A stretch of 64,000 nt of DNA. It comes from Flavicella sp. (GTDB taxonomy: Bacteria; Bacteroidota; Bacteroidia; Flavobacteriales; Flavobacteriaceae). Below the pieces are notes generated by a model. The model saw only the letters and a program-made list of their open reading frames with translations, searched no databases and was not told the DNA's origin. Each line of letters begins with the position of its first letter. Within the stretch, counting starts at the first letter, position 1. The position numbers and the translations under genes are program-made. Shown here piece by piece: positions 21,017 through 31,673 of the stretch. The stretch is from contig JBMZVD010000001.1 of NCBI GenBank assembly GCA_049625305.1, positions 5,365-69,364 of the forward strand, given 5' to 3'.

Positions 21017-21051
21017 TGTTTGATGCACTGTTCTAATCTAATTAAGAATTG

Positions 21052-21945
21052 ATGAAAAAAATAGCCATATTTGGTCAAGCCTATAAAAATACCGACAGAC
21101 AATACTTTGAACTGTTGATCAAAAGTCTCGAAAAATACGATGTTGATATTTCAATTGAAAAAGAATTTACCAATATTTTGAAAGATCTTGGAGTAGAAAA
21201 CATAAAGTATCCCACATTTTCAAAAACGGAAAAATTAGACACTTCAATCGACTTGCTTTTTACATTGGGAGGTGACGGTACGATATTAAAAGCAGCAACA
21301 CTTGTGAAAGATCTTGGTATTCCAATTTTAGGAATCAACACAGGACGGTTAGGTTTTTTAGCAACAGTTCAAAAGAAAGAGATTGAAAACACCGTAAAAG
21401 CATTGGCGGAAAACAAATATAGCATCCAAGAAAGAGCCTTAATACAAATAGAATCAAACAATGGAAATTATACTTTTGACGATTTAAACTTTGCGTTGAA
21501 TGAGATCACAATTGCTAGAAAAAACTCTACTTCGATGATTGGTGTTGAAGCCTATCTAAATGATGAATACCTCACCACCTATTGGTCTGACGGTCTTGTA
21601 ATTGCAACACCAACTGGATCAACTGGATATTCACTTAGCTGTCATGGACCTATATTAATTCCGGAGTCCAATAATTTTGTCTTGACTCCTATTGCTCCTC
21701 ATAACTTAAGTGCAAGGCCTCTAGTTATTCCTGATAACACAAAGATAAGACTAAAAGTTACTGGAAGAGAAAAAGAGTTTTTCTTGTCTCTAGACTCCCG
21801 AGTTTCTAATGTTTTATTTGAAACAGAAATCACCCTTAGCAAAGCAAACTTTAATATAAAAATTGTGCAAGTAAACGACCAAAGCTTCATAAAGACGTTG
21901 AGAAACAAGTTGTTGTGGGGAGAAGACAAAAGAAACTACACCTAA
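21052..21945 (+). CDS. nadK: NAD kinase
   Basis: GGDGT, GINTGRLGFL, NE, DGLVIATPTGSTGYSLS. Confidence 0.96.
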   Translation: MKKIAIFGQAYKNTDRQYFELLIKSLEKYDVDISIEKEFTNILKDLGVENIKYPTFSKTEKLDTSIDLLFTLGGDGTILKAATLVKDLGIPILGINTGRLGFLATVQKKEIENTVKALAENKYSIQERALIQIESNNGNYTFDDLNFALNEITIARKNSTSMIGVEAYLNDEYLTTYWSDGLVIATPTGSTGYSLSCHGPILIPESNNFVLTPIAPHNLSARPLVIPDNTKIRLKVTGREKEFFLSLDSRVSNVLFETEITLSKANFNIKIVQVNDQSFIKTLRNKLLWGEDKRNYT

Positions 21946-22058
21946 TTAAATGCTATTACTCAAAAAGAAACAAAGCAAATAGAAATAACAATAAATCTCT
22001 CATTTATTAGTTTAATAAAAAAGACGAATATTTGCTCGTCAAAACTGAGAGAATTAAT

Positions 22059-22066
22059 TATATTTG
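22059..22066 (+). promoter_or_regulatory. -7 element for the porG-like-uppS-bamA operon
   Basis: TATATTTG ending 17 nt before ATG 22083. Confidence 0.65.
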
Positions 22067-22082
22067 CAGCCTATTTTTGATT

Positions 22083-22739
22083 ATGAAAAATACACTCCTT
22101 CTATTTCTAACTTTTTGTTTTACAAACATTTCAACAGCCCAACTTTTTGAAATTGGTGGCTTTTTAGGAGGTAGCAATTATGTAGGGGAAGTAGGCCCTA
22201 CAACTTTCATAAGACCCAACAAAATTGCTTATGGAGGAGTATTCAAATACAATTACTCCACAAGAATAGCTTTTAGAGGTTCATTTAGCAACTTACCTAT
22301 TTTTGCAAAAGATTCTGAATCTAAAAATACCGAAAGAAAATCAAGAAATTTTACCGCTAAAAACAACATATCAGAAATCGGATTGGGTATAGAATTTAAC
22401 TTTTTTGACTACAACGTTGCAAATTGGAAAATTGACCATACGCCTTACTTTATATTTGAATCTGTGGTCTTTCGCTACAACAAATCAGATGAAAATTCCA
22501 AAAAGAAAACAGGAGTCGCAATACCCTTAGGAATAGGTTACAAAGCAAAACTATTTGATAAATTTGCATTTGCCCTAGAAACAAGAGTTCGCTATACCTT
22601 AACGGACTTTACTGAAAATGGAGAAATGGCAGGAAACATATACAATAATACGGAAACAAATGATTGGTATTTCTTTAGTGGATTTTCACTAGTTTATACA
22701 TTTGGAAGACCTCCTTGTTACCATAGAAATAATAGATAA
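22083..22739 (+). CDS. DUF6089 / PorG-like small outer-membrane beta-barrel protein
   Basis: Signal peptide ending STA/Q, EIGGFLGGSNYVGE, alternating beta-strands, DWY..Y.FG.PPC tail; sits upstream of uppS-bamA as in other Bacteroidota. Confidence 0.75.
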   Translation: MKNTLLLFLTFCFTNISTAQLFEIGGFLGGSNYVGEVGPTTFIRPNKIAYGGVFKYNYSTRIAFRGSFSNLPIFAKDSESKNTERKSRNFTAKNNISEIGLGIEFNFFDYNVANWKIDHTPYFIFESVVFRYNKSDENSKKKTGVAIPLGIGYKAKLFDKFAFALETRVRYTLTDFTENGEMAGNIYNNTETNDWYFFSGFSLVYTFGRPPCYHRNNR

Positions 22740-23483
22740 ATGAATTACATTTCAGAAATAGACTTGAATAGAGTACCCAAGCACGTTGCTATCATTATGG
22801 ATGGTAATGGTCGTTGGGCAAAAAAACAAGGCATGAACCGAGTATTTGGTCATAGAAACGCGCTAAATTCGATCAGGGACACTATTGAAGCTGCCTCTGA
22901 CATAGGTACAGAAGTAGTGACTTTGTATGCGTTTTCTACCGAAAACTGGAACCGCCCTAAATTGGAAGTAGATGCTTTGATGAGTTTGTTGATTACTACT
23001 TTAAAAAAGGAACTTCCTGTATTTCAGAAAAAAAACGTTCAAGTAAGAGCGATTGGAAATATTGATAGTTTACCCAATAAAGCACGAAACGTTTTAGAAA
23101 GTGTAATTGAGCAAACAAAAAATAACAGTAACGTAATTTTAAACTTCGCACTTAGCTATGGTTCAAGAGAAGAAATCGTAAATGCTGTAAAAGAAATATC
23201 AAAAAAAATTGTTAATAATGAACTTTCTGTAGAAGAAATAGATGAAAATATTATAAATAATCATTTATATACATTTTCTTTGCCGGAAGTAGATTTGGTG
23301 ATCCGAACAAGCGGTGAGCAAAGAATTAGTAATTTCTTGTTGTGGCAAATAGCCTATGCAGAATTTTATTTTACTGAAATCCTTTGGCCAGACTTTAGAA
23401 GAGACGACTTTTTAAAAGCCGTTATAGAATATCAAAGCCGTGAACGTCGCTTCGGAAAAACAAGCGAACAAATAAAAAAGTAA
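22740..23483 (+). CDS. uppS: Isoprenyl transferase (undecaprenyl diphosphate synthase)
   Basis: HVAIIMDGNGRW, FSTENWNRP, RTSGEQRISNF. Confidence 0.97.
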   Translation: MNYISEIDLNRVPKHVAIIMDGNGRWAKKQGMNRVFGHRNALNSIRDTIEAASDIGTEVVTLYAFSTENWNRPKLEVDALMSLLITTLKKELPVFQKKNVQVRAIGNIDSLPNKARNVLESVIEQTKNNSNVILNFALSYGSREEIVNAVKEISKKIVNNELSVEEIDENIINNHLYTFSLPEVDLVIRTSGEQRISNFLLWQIAYAEFYFTEILWPDFRRDDFLKAVIEYQSRERRFGKTSEQIKK

Positions 23484-26069
23484 ATGCACAGAATTAAAGT
23501 TATTGTTCTTTTTGTTGTTGTTCTATTTTCAGAAAATGTGTTGCTTGCACAAGAGAAACTAAAAAACAATTCAGAAACAGCTAGTTTATTTAAGAAGGAA
23601 AAAAAATACACACTTGGAGGTATTAGCGTTGTTGGCGTTCAACAGTTCAGTGAAAAATCTGTTAAAGTCTACTCAGGGTTAAAAACAGGAATGGAAATTA
23701 AGATCCCTGGTGATAAATTATCATCTGCAATAAAAAAACTTTACGGTACCAAAAGATTTAGTACCGTAGAAGTTTATGTTGATAAGTTAGATGGTGAAAC
23801 AATCTACTTAGAGATAAAGGTAACCGAACTCCCTCAACTGAACAATGTAGAAATTAAAGGAGTTAAAAAATCTAAGGCAAAGACTTTAAAAGAAGACACT
23901 TCTCTTAAAAAAGGAGAAATGTTGACAGAAAACTTACTCGTTACCACAAAAAATTACATCACAAAAACATATACTGAAAAAGGGTATCTTAAAGCAAAGG
24001 TAAGTCTAAACACTAAAAAAGACACAGCTCAAATCAACGCAGACAACCTATTGATATATGTAGACAAGGGCGATAAAGTAAAAATTAAGGAAATTGATTT
24101 TGAGGGCAATAAAGACCTCTCTGATGCAAAACTTAGAAAGTTTTTAAAAGATACCAAGCGTAAATTTTGGGGGCGCTTTTGGAAGACCTCAAAATTTGTC
24201 AAGGAAAAATACGAAGCTGATTTAGAAAATCTTATTGACGAGTACCGTTCTTTAGGATATAGAGATGCACGTATCATTTCTGATACAATTATATGGTCTT
24301 CGGACAAAAAAACCATTGACCTGAAAATCAAACTAGAGGAAGGGAAGCAATATTATTTTGGAGCCATTGACTTTCTTGGTAACAGTTCTTACACAACCCC
24401 TCAATTACAAAAATTTCTTAGAATTCAAGAGGGAGATGTATACAATGCTAAATTGTTGAACAAACGTGTCAAAGGAGACAACACACCAGATTCTGAAGAT
24501 ATCAGCTCTTTGTATCAAAATAGCGGATATCTGTTCTCTCAAGTAAACCCTGTTGAAACAAAAGTAGACGACGACCAAATCAGTGTAGAAATTAGAATAC
24601 ATGAAGACGACCCTGCTACCATCAAGAAAGTGAGTGTAACAGGAAATGAAGTGACCAACGATTTTGTAATCTACAGAGAATTAAAAACTAGACCTGGTGA
24701 TTTATACTCAAAAGAGAACATCATTCGTTCCATTCGTGAAATTTCACAATTGGGATTTTTTGACCCTGAAAATGTGACTCCTGATCTAAAACCAAATTAT
24801 GTTGACAAAACCGTAGACATAGACTATTCTGTAGTTAAAAAAGGGTCTAGCCAGATTGAATTGCAAGGAGGTTATGGTGGTGGATCTTTTATTGGGACTT
24901 TAGGACTTTCCTTTAACAACTTCTCAGTCAGAAATCTACTGAAGAAAGAAGAATACAAACCACTGCCAATGGGAGATGCTCAGGCACTCTCTTTACGTTT
25001 ACAAGTAAGTAGGTTTTACAGTACACATAGTTTTTCTTTTTCTGAACCTTGGTTAGGGGGGAAAAAGCCAAAGTCGTTCTCTTTTTCTGTCTACAACTCA
25101 AGACAATACCAAGTAAACTATCAGACATACGATGTTGACAAGAGCAGACGATTGAATATCCTAGGAGCTACTATTGGATTGGGGCAACGTTTGACTTGGC
25201 CTGATGACTATTTTACTTTAAGCCAAGCTATTAGTTTCAAACAATACGATATCAACCAATACAACATTGGATTGTTAAATTTTGAAAATGGAACAGGTGT
25301 ATCCTCTAACCTTTCATATAGCGTAACTTTGGGAAGAAACTCATCTGGACCTAGTAGAATATTTCCCACAACGGGTTCCGATTTTAGTTTTGGTGTAAAA
25401 TTGACATTGCCTCACTCTTTATTTAGCGATAGGGATTTTAGTACTATCGAAGACGATCCAGAGTTTCAAGACGCCCAATATGATAATGGTGTCTATGTTG
25501 GACAAACTGCAAATCAAGGACGTATCAATGAAGAGAAATTTCGTTGGTTGGAATACTACAAACTAAGTTACAAATCAAAGTGGTATACCCCGTTGGTTGA
25601 CAAACTTGTATTGATGACTGGAGTTGAATTTGGATATTTGGGTCATTACAATAAATATCTCAAAGAAATCCCGTTTGAGAGATATTATGTTGGAGGTGAT
25701 GGATTGCAACAAAACCAATTTGACGGAAGAGAGGTTGTCGGTTTACGTGGCTATGAAAACTCAAGTCTATCTCAAAATGTAGGAGACAAAGTTTACAACA
25801 AGTTTACGATGGAAGTTAGATATCCTGTTACATTGAAACCGTCTGCATCTATCTACGTTTTAGGATTCGCTGAATCTGGAAATGGATATAAAGATTTAGA
25901 GGATTTTAATGTATTTGATGTAAAAAAATCTGCAGGTTTAGGAATTCGTATATTTATGCCAGCATTTGGTTTATTAGGAATTGACTTTGCGCATGGATTC
26001 GACCCGATACCAGGACAAATTGAAAAATCTGGATGGCAAACACACTTTATCATTGGACAACAGTTCTAA
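23484..26069 (+). CDS. bamA: Outer-membrane protein assembly factor BamA
   Basis: Signal peptide, POTRA repeats, LRGY motif, C-terminal HFIIGQQF. Confidence 0.95.
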   Translation: MHRIKVIVLFVVVLFSENVLLAQEKLKNNSETASLFKKEKKYTLGGISVVGVQQFSEKSVKVYSGLKTGMEIKIPGDKLSSAIKKLYGTKRFSTVEVYVDKLDGETIYLEIKVTELPQLNNVEIKGVKKSKAKTLKEDTSLKKGEMLTENLLVTTKNYITKTYTEKGYLKAKVSLNTKKDTAQINADNLLIYVDKGDKVKIKEIDFEGNKDLSDAKLRKFLKDTKRKFWGRFWKTSKFVKEKYEADLENLIDEYRSLGYRDARIISDTIIWSSDKKTIDLKIKLEEGKQYYFGAIDFLGNSSYTTPQLQKFLRIQEGDVYNAKLLNKRVKGDNTPDSEDISSLYQNSGYLFSQVNPVETKVDDDQISVEIRIHEDDPATIKKVSVTGNEVTNDFVIYRELKTRPGDLYSKENIIRSIREISQLGFFDPENVTPDLKPNYVDKTVDIDYSVVKKGSSQIELQGGYGGGSFIGTLGLSFNNFSVRNLLKKEEYKPLPMGDAQALSLRLQVSRFYSTHSFSFSEPWLGGKKPKSFSFSVYNSRQYQVNYQTYDVDKSRRLNILGATIGLGQRLTWPDDYFTLSQAISFKQYDINQYNIGLLNFENGTGVSSNLSYSVTLGRNSSGPSRIFPTTGSDFSFGVKLTLPHSLFSDRDFSTIEDDPEFQDAQYDNGVYVGQTANQGRINEEKFRWLEYYKLSYKSKWYTPLVDKLVLMTGVEFGYLGHYNKYLKEIPFERYYVGGDGLQQNQFDGREVVGLRGYENSSLSQNVGDKVYNKFTMEVRYPVTLKPSASIYVLGFAESGNGYKDLEDFNVFDVKKSAGLGIRIFMPAFGLLGIDFAHGFDPIPGQIEKSGWQTHFIIGQQF

Positions 26070-26108
26070 ATGGTATCATATTTGCGTATCCTTTATAAAA
26101 TAAAAACA

Positions 26109-26747
26109 ATGTATAGATTAATCTTAGTGAGTTTGCTGTGTTTATCGGTTTCTTTGTCTGCTCAAAAAGCACAAAAAATTGCATTTGTAGATATGGAATA
26201 CATCTTACAAAATGTTCCAGAATACATGGATGCTCAAAAAAAGCTTGACGGAAAAACTTTAGAATGGAAGAACAAAATCAAGCGTTCTGAAGAGGAAATT
26301 CAAAAAATGGAAACTGACTTAAACAACGAAAAAATTCTACTGACTGAAAATCTAATTTCTGAAAGAAAGGAGGAGATTGATCTCAAACGAGAAGAGTTAA
26401 ATAACTTAGAAGCAAGTTTTTTTGGTGTCAACGGTAAATTATTTGAAATGCGTAAAAAGTTTGTACAACCTGTACAAGACGAAATTTTCAATGCCATTCA
26501 AGAGGTTGTTAAAAAAAGCAAATACGATTTCGTTTTTGAACGCTCTAGTCAACTGATGTTGTTACATGCTAATCCAAGATATGATATTAGCAAAACTATT
26601 ATTGCTTACCTTACAAAAACAAAAAAACAAAGAGATGCAGAAGCTGCTAAGGAGAAAAAAAGAGCAACGAGAGAGGCATTAGAAAAAAGAATAGAAGAAC
26701 AGAGAAAACGTAGAGAAGAAAGTAGAAAAAAAACAATTCAAAGATAA
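26109..26747 (+). CDS. OmpH/Skp periplasmic chaperone (1)
   Basis: KIAFVDMEYIL...YDFVFE...YDIS; probable start ATG 26109 gives a clean signal peptide (ATG 26070 is also in frame). Confidence 0.88.
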   Translation: MYRLILVSLLCLSVSLSAQKAQKIAFVDMEYILQNVPEYMDAQKKLDGKTLEWKNKIKRSEEEIQKMETDLNNEKILLTENLISERKEEIDLKREELNNLEASFFGVNGKLFEMRKKFVQPVQDEIFNAIQEVVKKSKYDFVFERSSQLMLLHANPRYDISKTIIAYLTKTKKQRDAEAAKEKKRATREALEKRIEEQRKRREESRKKTIQR

Positions 26748-26780
26748 AAATCAACTAAAATCATATTAAATATAAAACAC

Positions 26781-27281
26781 ATGAAAAATTTTAAAAATTT
26801 AGTAGTAGCAGTAGCATTCGTATTAGGAATCAACAGTGTAGCACAAGCACAAAAAGTGGCACATATCAATTTTGAAGAAATTGTTGCAAACATGCCAGAA
26901 ACACTTAAGTTAAAATCTGATTTAGAAAAGTTAGGAAAAACATACGGTGAAGAAATTACAAATGCTCAAAAAGCATTGAAAGCTAAAATTGACAAATATA
27001 CAGCTGAGGAAGTTTCTCAAACTGCAGCACAGAACGAAGCTCGTATCAAAGAGGTACAAGTAGATCAGTCTAAAATCCAACAATTACAACAAGTAGCACA
27101 GCAAGAATTGCAACAAAAAGAAAAAGTTGCTTTGGAACCAATCATCAAAAAAGCACAGGAAGCTATAAAGAAAGCTGCAACTGCTAAAGGTTTCTTATAC
27201 GTTTTGGACGCAAAAGCACTAATCGTTTCTGAAGGAGAAGATTTAGCTCCAGCTGTTAAAGCAAGCTTAGGTATCAAATAA
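26781..27281 (+). CDS. OmpH/Skp periplasmic chaperone (2)
   Basis: AQA/QKVAHIN...YVLD...DLAPAVKASLG. Confidence 0.9.
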   Translation: MKNFKNLVVAVAFVLGINSVAQAQKVAHINFEEIVANMPETLKLKSDLEKLGKTYGEEITNAQKALKAKIDKYTAEEVSQTAAQNEARIKEVQVDQSKIQQLQQVAQQELQQKEKVALEPIIKKAQEAIKKAATAKGFLYVLDAKALIVSEGEDLAPAVKASLGIK

Positions 27282-27303
27282 TATTGATCATACCAATAAA
27301 ATT

Positions 27304-27341
27304 ACTCGTTGTTCTATATTTGGGACAACGAGTTTTTTTTT
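27304..27341 (+). terminator. Intrinsic terminator after the second ompH
   Basis: actcgttgttc...ggacaacgagt followed by a T-run. Confidence 0.85.
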
Positions 27342-27382
27342 ACACTAAATATTTATAGTAATTTGCTTTGAAATATAAAACT

Positions 27383-28174
27383 ATGTCCAAACATCCAATT
27401 GGTATTTTTGATTCTGGCGTTGGAGGGCTTTCTATATGGAAAGAAATTACCGAATTACTTCCTAATGAAAACACTATTTACTTAGCAGATAGTAAACATG
27501 CCCCCTACGGTAAAAAATCAAGAAATGAAATTATAAGACTCTGTAAGAAGAATACGGAACTACTTCTTAACAAAGGATGTAAATTGATAGTAGTAGCTTG
27601 TAATACAGCTACTACAAATGCCATAGACATTTTAAGAGAAACCTATCCAGTTTCATTCATAGGTATCGAACCGGCCATAAAACCAGCAAGCATACAAACA
27701 AAAACAAATACTATTGGAGTTTTGGCTACTAAGGGAACCTTAAATAGTAATCTTTTCGCAAAAACATCAAACCTACACAACAAAGGCATTCAAATTATTG
27801 AACAAGATGGAGAAGGACTTGTCCCATTGATAGAAAAAGGAGCAATTTATAGTAATGAAATGCAAGTTCTATTATCAAAATATATTGAGCCAATGATTGC
27901 AAAAAATGTAGACTGCCTTGTTTTGGGTTGTTCTCACTACCCTTTTTTGATCCCACAAATTGAAAAGGTGACAAAAGGAGAAATTCAGATTATCGATTCT
28001 GGTAAAGCAGTTGCCAAACAAACCAAAACCATACTTGAAAAAGAAGAATTGGTTCATTCCAACAAAACAACAGAAATTAAACACCAAATCTACACAAACG
28101 AATCAACAGAAATTGTAAAACATTTTGTCAATGAAATAGAGCGAGATGTATCCATTGACTATCTCGAATTTTAA
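27383..28174 (+). CDS. murI: Glutamate racemase
   Basis: FDSGVGG, PYG, ACNTAT, LGCSHY; probable start ATG 27383. Confidence 0.96.
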   Translation: MSKHPIGIFDSGVGGLSIWKEITELLPNENTIYLADSKHAPYGKKSRNEIIRLCKKNTELLLNKGCKLIVVACNTATTNAIDILRETYPVSFIGIEPAIKPASIQTKTNTIGVLATKGTLNSNLFAKTSNLHNKGIQIIEQDGEGLVPLIEKGAIYSNEMQVLLSKYIEPMIAKNVDCLVLGCSHYPFLIPQIEKVTKGEIQIIDSGKAVAKQTKTILEKEELVHSNKTTEIKHQIYTNESTEIVKHFVNEIERDVSIDYLEF

Positions 28175-28210
28175 AAAAAGACCTGATCAATTCGATTCAG
28201 GTCTTTTTTT
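28173..28210. terminator. Bidirectional terminator between murI and rho
   Basis: aaaaaaagacctga...tcaggtcttttttt. Confidence 0.88.
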
Positions 28211-28227
28211 ATAAAATTTATGGTTTT

Positions 28228-29982
28228 TTATCCATTCATCGAGATCAAAAACTCCTCGTTATTTTGAGAATATTTCACTCTTTCTCTTATGAACTCCATA
28301 GCTTCAACAGGATTCATATCCGCTAGGTACTTTCTCAATATCCACATCCTTTGAACAAACTTTGCGTCTAATAACAAGTCATCACGTCGCGTACTAGATT
28401 TGATAAGATCAATCGCAGGATAAATTCTACGGTTTGCAATATTTCTATCTAACTGCAATTCCATATTTCCTGTTCCTTTGAATTCTTCAAAAATAACCTC
28501 ATCCATTTTGGACCCTGTATCGGTCAATGCAGTAGCAATGATAGAGAGAGAACCTCCATTTTCTATATTACGTGCAGCTCCAAAGAATCGTTTCGGTTTG
28601 TGTAATGCATTCGCATCGATACCTCCAGATAATATTTTACCAGAAGCAGGAGCTACAGTATTGTAAGCTCTTGCTAAACGTGTGATAGAGTCAAGTAGTA
28701 TAACTACATCGTGACCACACTCTACCAATCTTTTAGCTTTTTCGAGCACAATATTAGCAACGCGTACATGTTTTTCAGCAGGCTCGTCGAAAGTAGATGC
28801 AACAACTTCTCCTTTTACACTTCGCTGCATGTCTGTTACCTCTTCTGGACGTTCGTCTATCAACAATACAATTTGATAAACTTCTGGATGATTTTCCGCT
28901 ATAGATTTGGCAATGTCTTTTAACAACATTGTCTTACCCGTTTTGGGTTGTGCTACAATCATTCCTCTTTGTCCCTTTCCAATGGGAGCAAACATATCCA
29001 TTATACGTGTAGACATTGTATTATTTCGGTCAATCAAATTGAACTTTTCATCAGGAAATAATGGTGTTAAATGTTCGAAAGACACTCTATCTCTCACTAC
29101 ATTAGGTTTCAATCCATTTATTTTTGAAACACGAATCAAAGGAAAATATTTCTCTCCTTCCTTCGGTGGCCGAACATTTCCTAACACGGTATCCCCTGTT
29201 TTCAATCCAAATAATTTAATTTGAGATTGGCTAACATAAATATCATCTGGAGATGATAAATAATTATAGTCTGAAGACCTCAAAAAACCGTAACCATCTG
29301 GCATCATTTCCAAAACACCTTCACTCTCTATGATGCCATCAAATTCATAGTCAGGATCCCTATATTTAGCATTGCTTTTGTTGTGATTTTTTTCCTTAGA
29401 ATTATGGTTTTTATGATGTCCGTTTTTATTTGGATTGTTCCCTTGACGGTTTTTGTTTGAATCGTTTTGCTTGTGATTATTTTTTGCTGGCTGCTCTTGC
29501 CTAGAGATTTTAGAATCTTTGGAATTATCTAAAGAAATTGTGTGTGTTGAGGCCTTTTCTTTGTTATTATCCACTGTTGATGTAGATTTTTTATCAGACG
29601 ACTCTACTATTTTTTTTCTAGGTCTCTTAGGTTTGTTTCTATCTGAATCTGAAGACAACTCTTTTTTTACATTTAACGTTTCTGATTTAGATTCCAAGGA
29701 TTTTTGTGGTTGTTCCTGTAATTTATTTTCTGGAGCTTCAACACTACCTTCAACCTCATCAACATCAGTAGTTCTTTTTGTTTTATTGCGAACTTGAGTA
29801 TTGTTTTTAACTACTTTTGGTTTTGAAATTTCCTTAGAAACTCCTTCCTCTGCTTGTGCATCCAATATGGCGAACATCAGTCCTTTTTTATTCAATTGAC
29901 TGATTTTTTTCAAACCTTTTTCTTTCGCTAAAGCTTTTAATTGTGCAATATTCATTGCATCAAGCGCTTCTTTATCTAACAT
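28228..29982 (-). CDS. rho: Transcription termination factor Rho with a long low-complexity N-terminal insertion
   Basis: Rho N-terminal helices, [44 protein letters not shown]. Confidence 0.98.
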   Translation of the reverse strand: MLDKEALDAMNIAQLKALAKEKGLKKISQLNKKGLMFAILDAQAEEGVSKEISKPKVVKNNTQVRNKTKRTTDVDEVEGSVEAPENKLQEQPQKSLESKSETLNVKKELSSDSDRNKPKRPRKKIVESSDKKSTSTVDNNKEKASTHTISLDNSKDSKISRQEQPAKNNHKQNDSNKNRQGNNPNKNGHHKNHNSKEKNHNKSNAKYRDPDYEFDGIIESEGVLEMMPDGYGFLRSSDYNYLSSPDDIYVSQSQIKLFGLKTGDTVLGNVRPPKEGEKYFPLIRVSKINGLKPNVVRDRVSFEHLTPLFPDEKFNLIDRNNTMSTRIMDMFAPIGKGQRGMIVAQPKTGKTMLLKDIAKSIAENHPEVYQIVLLIDERPEEVTDMQRSVKGEVVASTFDEPAEKHVRVANIVLEKAKRLVECGHDVVILLDSITRLARAYNTVAPASGKILSGGIDANALHKPKRFFGAARNIENGGSLSIIATALTDTGSKMDEVIFEEFKGTGNMELQLDRNIANRRIYPAIDLIKSSTRRDDLLLDAKFVQRMWILRKYLADMNPVEAMEFIRERVKYSQNNEEFLISMNG

Positions 29983-30112
29983 GTAAGTGAATTTTAATGT
30001 AATTATGACTACCTAGATAAGTAGAAAAATAAATGTGTGTGTGAAATTTATGTGATGTGAGGATAAATAACGTAGTGAATTCGAAATTTATAAAATTATC
30101 CCAATTATTCAA

Positions 30113-30143
30113 CAAATATATACGATTTTTTTCTACTTGCAAA
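30113..30143 (-). promoter_or_regulatory. rho promoter, predicting a leader of about 125 nt
   Basis: -7 TATATTTG (plus-strand 30113-30120) and -33 TTTG (30140-30143); 19-nt spacer. Confidence 0.75.
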
Positions 30144-30265
30144 TAAAAATTTAAAAATTAGTAACCAAACACAAAATCATTAGGCATTTATGAAACTTAA
30201 AATTTGACAAATGTATAAATCACTATTTTTTTCAAAAAAATAGAGGAAGTAAAAATTAAAAAACA

Positions 30266-30273
30266 TATTTTTG
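30266..30273 (+). promoter_or_regulatory. -7 element of the DUF4293 gene
   Basis: TATTTTTG ending 21 nt before ATG 30294. Confidence 0.55.
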
Positions 30274-30293
30274 CTTTGCTTTATGATATAAAC

Positions 30294-30728
30294 ATGATAC
30301 AACGCGTACAATCAATTTACTTACTTCTAGCAGCTTTAATTTCATTTGCATCTTTATTTTATGCTACTATCGAAATTACAGGAAACGAAACTGATGTTGC
30401 AATTATAGAAACATTTAAAATTGATCGTTTTTTAATAAAATCCATAGGTATTTCAGTATTTATTTCATGCTTATTGTCTTTTGTCTCTATTTTTCTTTAT
30501 AAGAAAAGACAAAATCAATTTGTAATGGGAAGATTGAACATACTTATCAACTTCTATATATTAGGCGTATTGATAATTGAATCTCTAAATTTACCTGGAG
30601 AAAATTTGGTTTCTGAGAAAGGTATTGGGGTTTTCATTCCTATTGTGGTTGTTGTTTTGCTTGTCATGGCAAACAAATCAATCAAAAAAGATGAAGAGCT
30701 TGTAAAATCTGTAGATCGATTACGATAA
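30294..30728 (+). CDS. DUF4293 family membrane protein
   Basis: MIQRVQSIYL start, FLYKKRQNQ, and IKKDEELVKSVDRLR C-terminal signature; divergent from rho. Confidence 0.9.
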   Translation: MIQRVQSIYLLLAALISFASLFYATIEITGNETDVAIIETFKIDRFLIKSIGISVFISCLLSFVSIFLYKKRQNQFVMGRLNILINFYILGVLIIESLNLPGENLVSEKGIGVFIPIVVVVLLVMANKSIKKDEELVKSVDRLR

Positions 30729-30757
30729 ACCTAACATCTTAGTTTATTTATGCGACT

Positions 30758-30790
30758 AAACCCGAAAGTTAAAACTTTCGGGTTTTTTTT
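30758..30790 (+). terminator. Intrinsic terminator after the DUF4293 gene
   Basis: aaacccgaaagtt-aa-aactttcgggttt followed by a T-run. Confidence 0.9.
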
Positions 30791-30867
30791 GATAGCTACA
30801 TAAAATATAATCTTAAAGCATGCTAAATATTTTGGGAATGAAAACTAACTATATTTACAGTAAAATC

Positions 30868-30940
30868 CCCCTATATTTAGGTAGAAAAAAAAATCACGAT
30901 TTAAAGGTATTGTTCCTAAGATATCTTTATCATAAATTTG
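30868..30940 (+). promoter_or_regulatory. Response-regulator promoter with putative upstream NarL-type 7-2-7 sites
   Basis: -7 TAAATTTG at 30933-30940 and TTG at 30910-30912 (20-nt spacer); upstream cccctat-at-ttaggta (30868-30883) and tcacgat-tt-aaaggta (30894-30909). Confidence 0.45.
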
Positions 30941-30949
30941 AAAGATAAA

Positions 30950-31615
30950 ATGGTCAAAAAGGAAAAAATTAAAGTTCATATAGCAGATGATCATAAAATT
31001 CTTATCGACGGAATTATTGCAGTGCTAAAGAGTGAAAATAATATAGAAGTTGTTGGGTACTCCCTAGATGGTATCCAAGTTATAGAATGGTTTAAGCAAA
31101 ATAAAGCTGATGTTTTAGTATTAGATGTAAATATGCCAGATTGTGATGGTATAGAGGTTTTAAAAGAATTAAAAAAATTAAAAATCGAACAAAAAACGAT
31201 AATACTATCTAGTTATGATGATGTGAAATTAGTGAAAGAGGTTTTAAAAATCGGTGCATTAGGATTTCTTGCAAAGAACTGTGCAGGTGAAAACATTGTT
31301 GAAGCAATAAAATCAATACATAAGGGAAATCAATATTTTAGTAAAGATGTTCACAATGATTTAGTAGCATCTTTAGTTGGAAATAAAGTAAAAAATAGAA
31401 TACCACAGGATGGCGTATTATCTGTGTCTCTTACCGATAGAGAACTTCAAGTTTTACAACTTATTAGTAAAGAGTTAAAAACAAAAGAAATAGCAGAAAA
31501 ATTATTTATAAGTTCAAGTACAGTTGATACTTATAGAAAAAACTTATTGACAAAAACGAAAGCAAAAAACTCAGTTGGTCTAATTATGTATGCAGTTAAA
31601 AACAAATTACTCTGA
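30950..31615 (+). CDS. NarL/LuxR-family response regulator
   Basis: IADDH, LDVNMP (phospho-acceptor Asp), FLAK, LTDRELQVL...TVDTYRKNL HTH; start ATG 30950. Confidence 0.95.
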   Translation: MVKKEKIKVHIADDHKILIDGIIAVLKSENNIEVVGYSLDGIQVIEWFKQNKADVLVLDVNMPDCDGIEVLKELKKLKIEQKTIILSSYDDVKLVKEVLKIGALGFLAKNCAGENIVEAIKSIHKGNQYFSKDVHNDLVASLVGNKVKNRIPQDGVLSVSLTDRELQVLQLISKELKTKEIAEKLFISSSTVDTYRKNLLTKTKAKNSVGLIMYAVKNKLL

Positions 31616-31643
31616 GTAAATAAATATCCCCCCTCAATTTACG

Positions 31644-31673
31644 GCCACTTTATACTTTAAAGTGGCTTTTTTT
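31644..31673 (+). terminator. Intrinsic terminator-like hairpin between the response regulator and the lipoprotein gene
   Basis: gccacttta-tactt-taaagtggc followed by T7. Confidence 0.75.
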
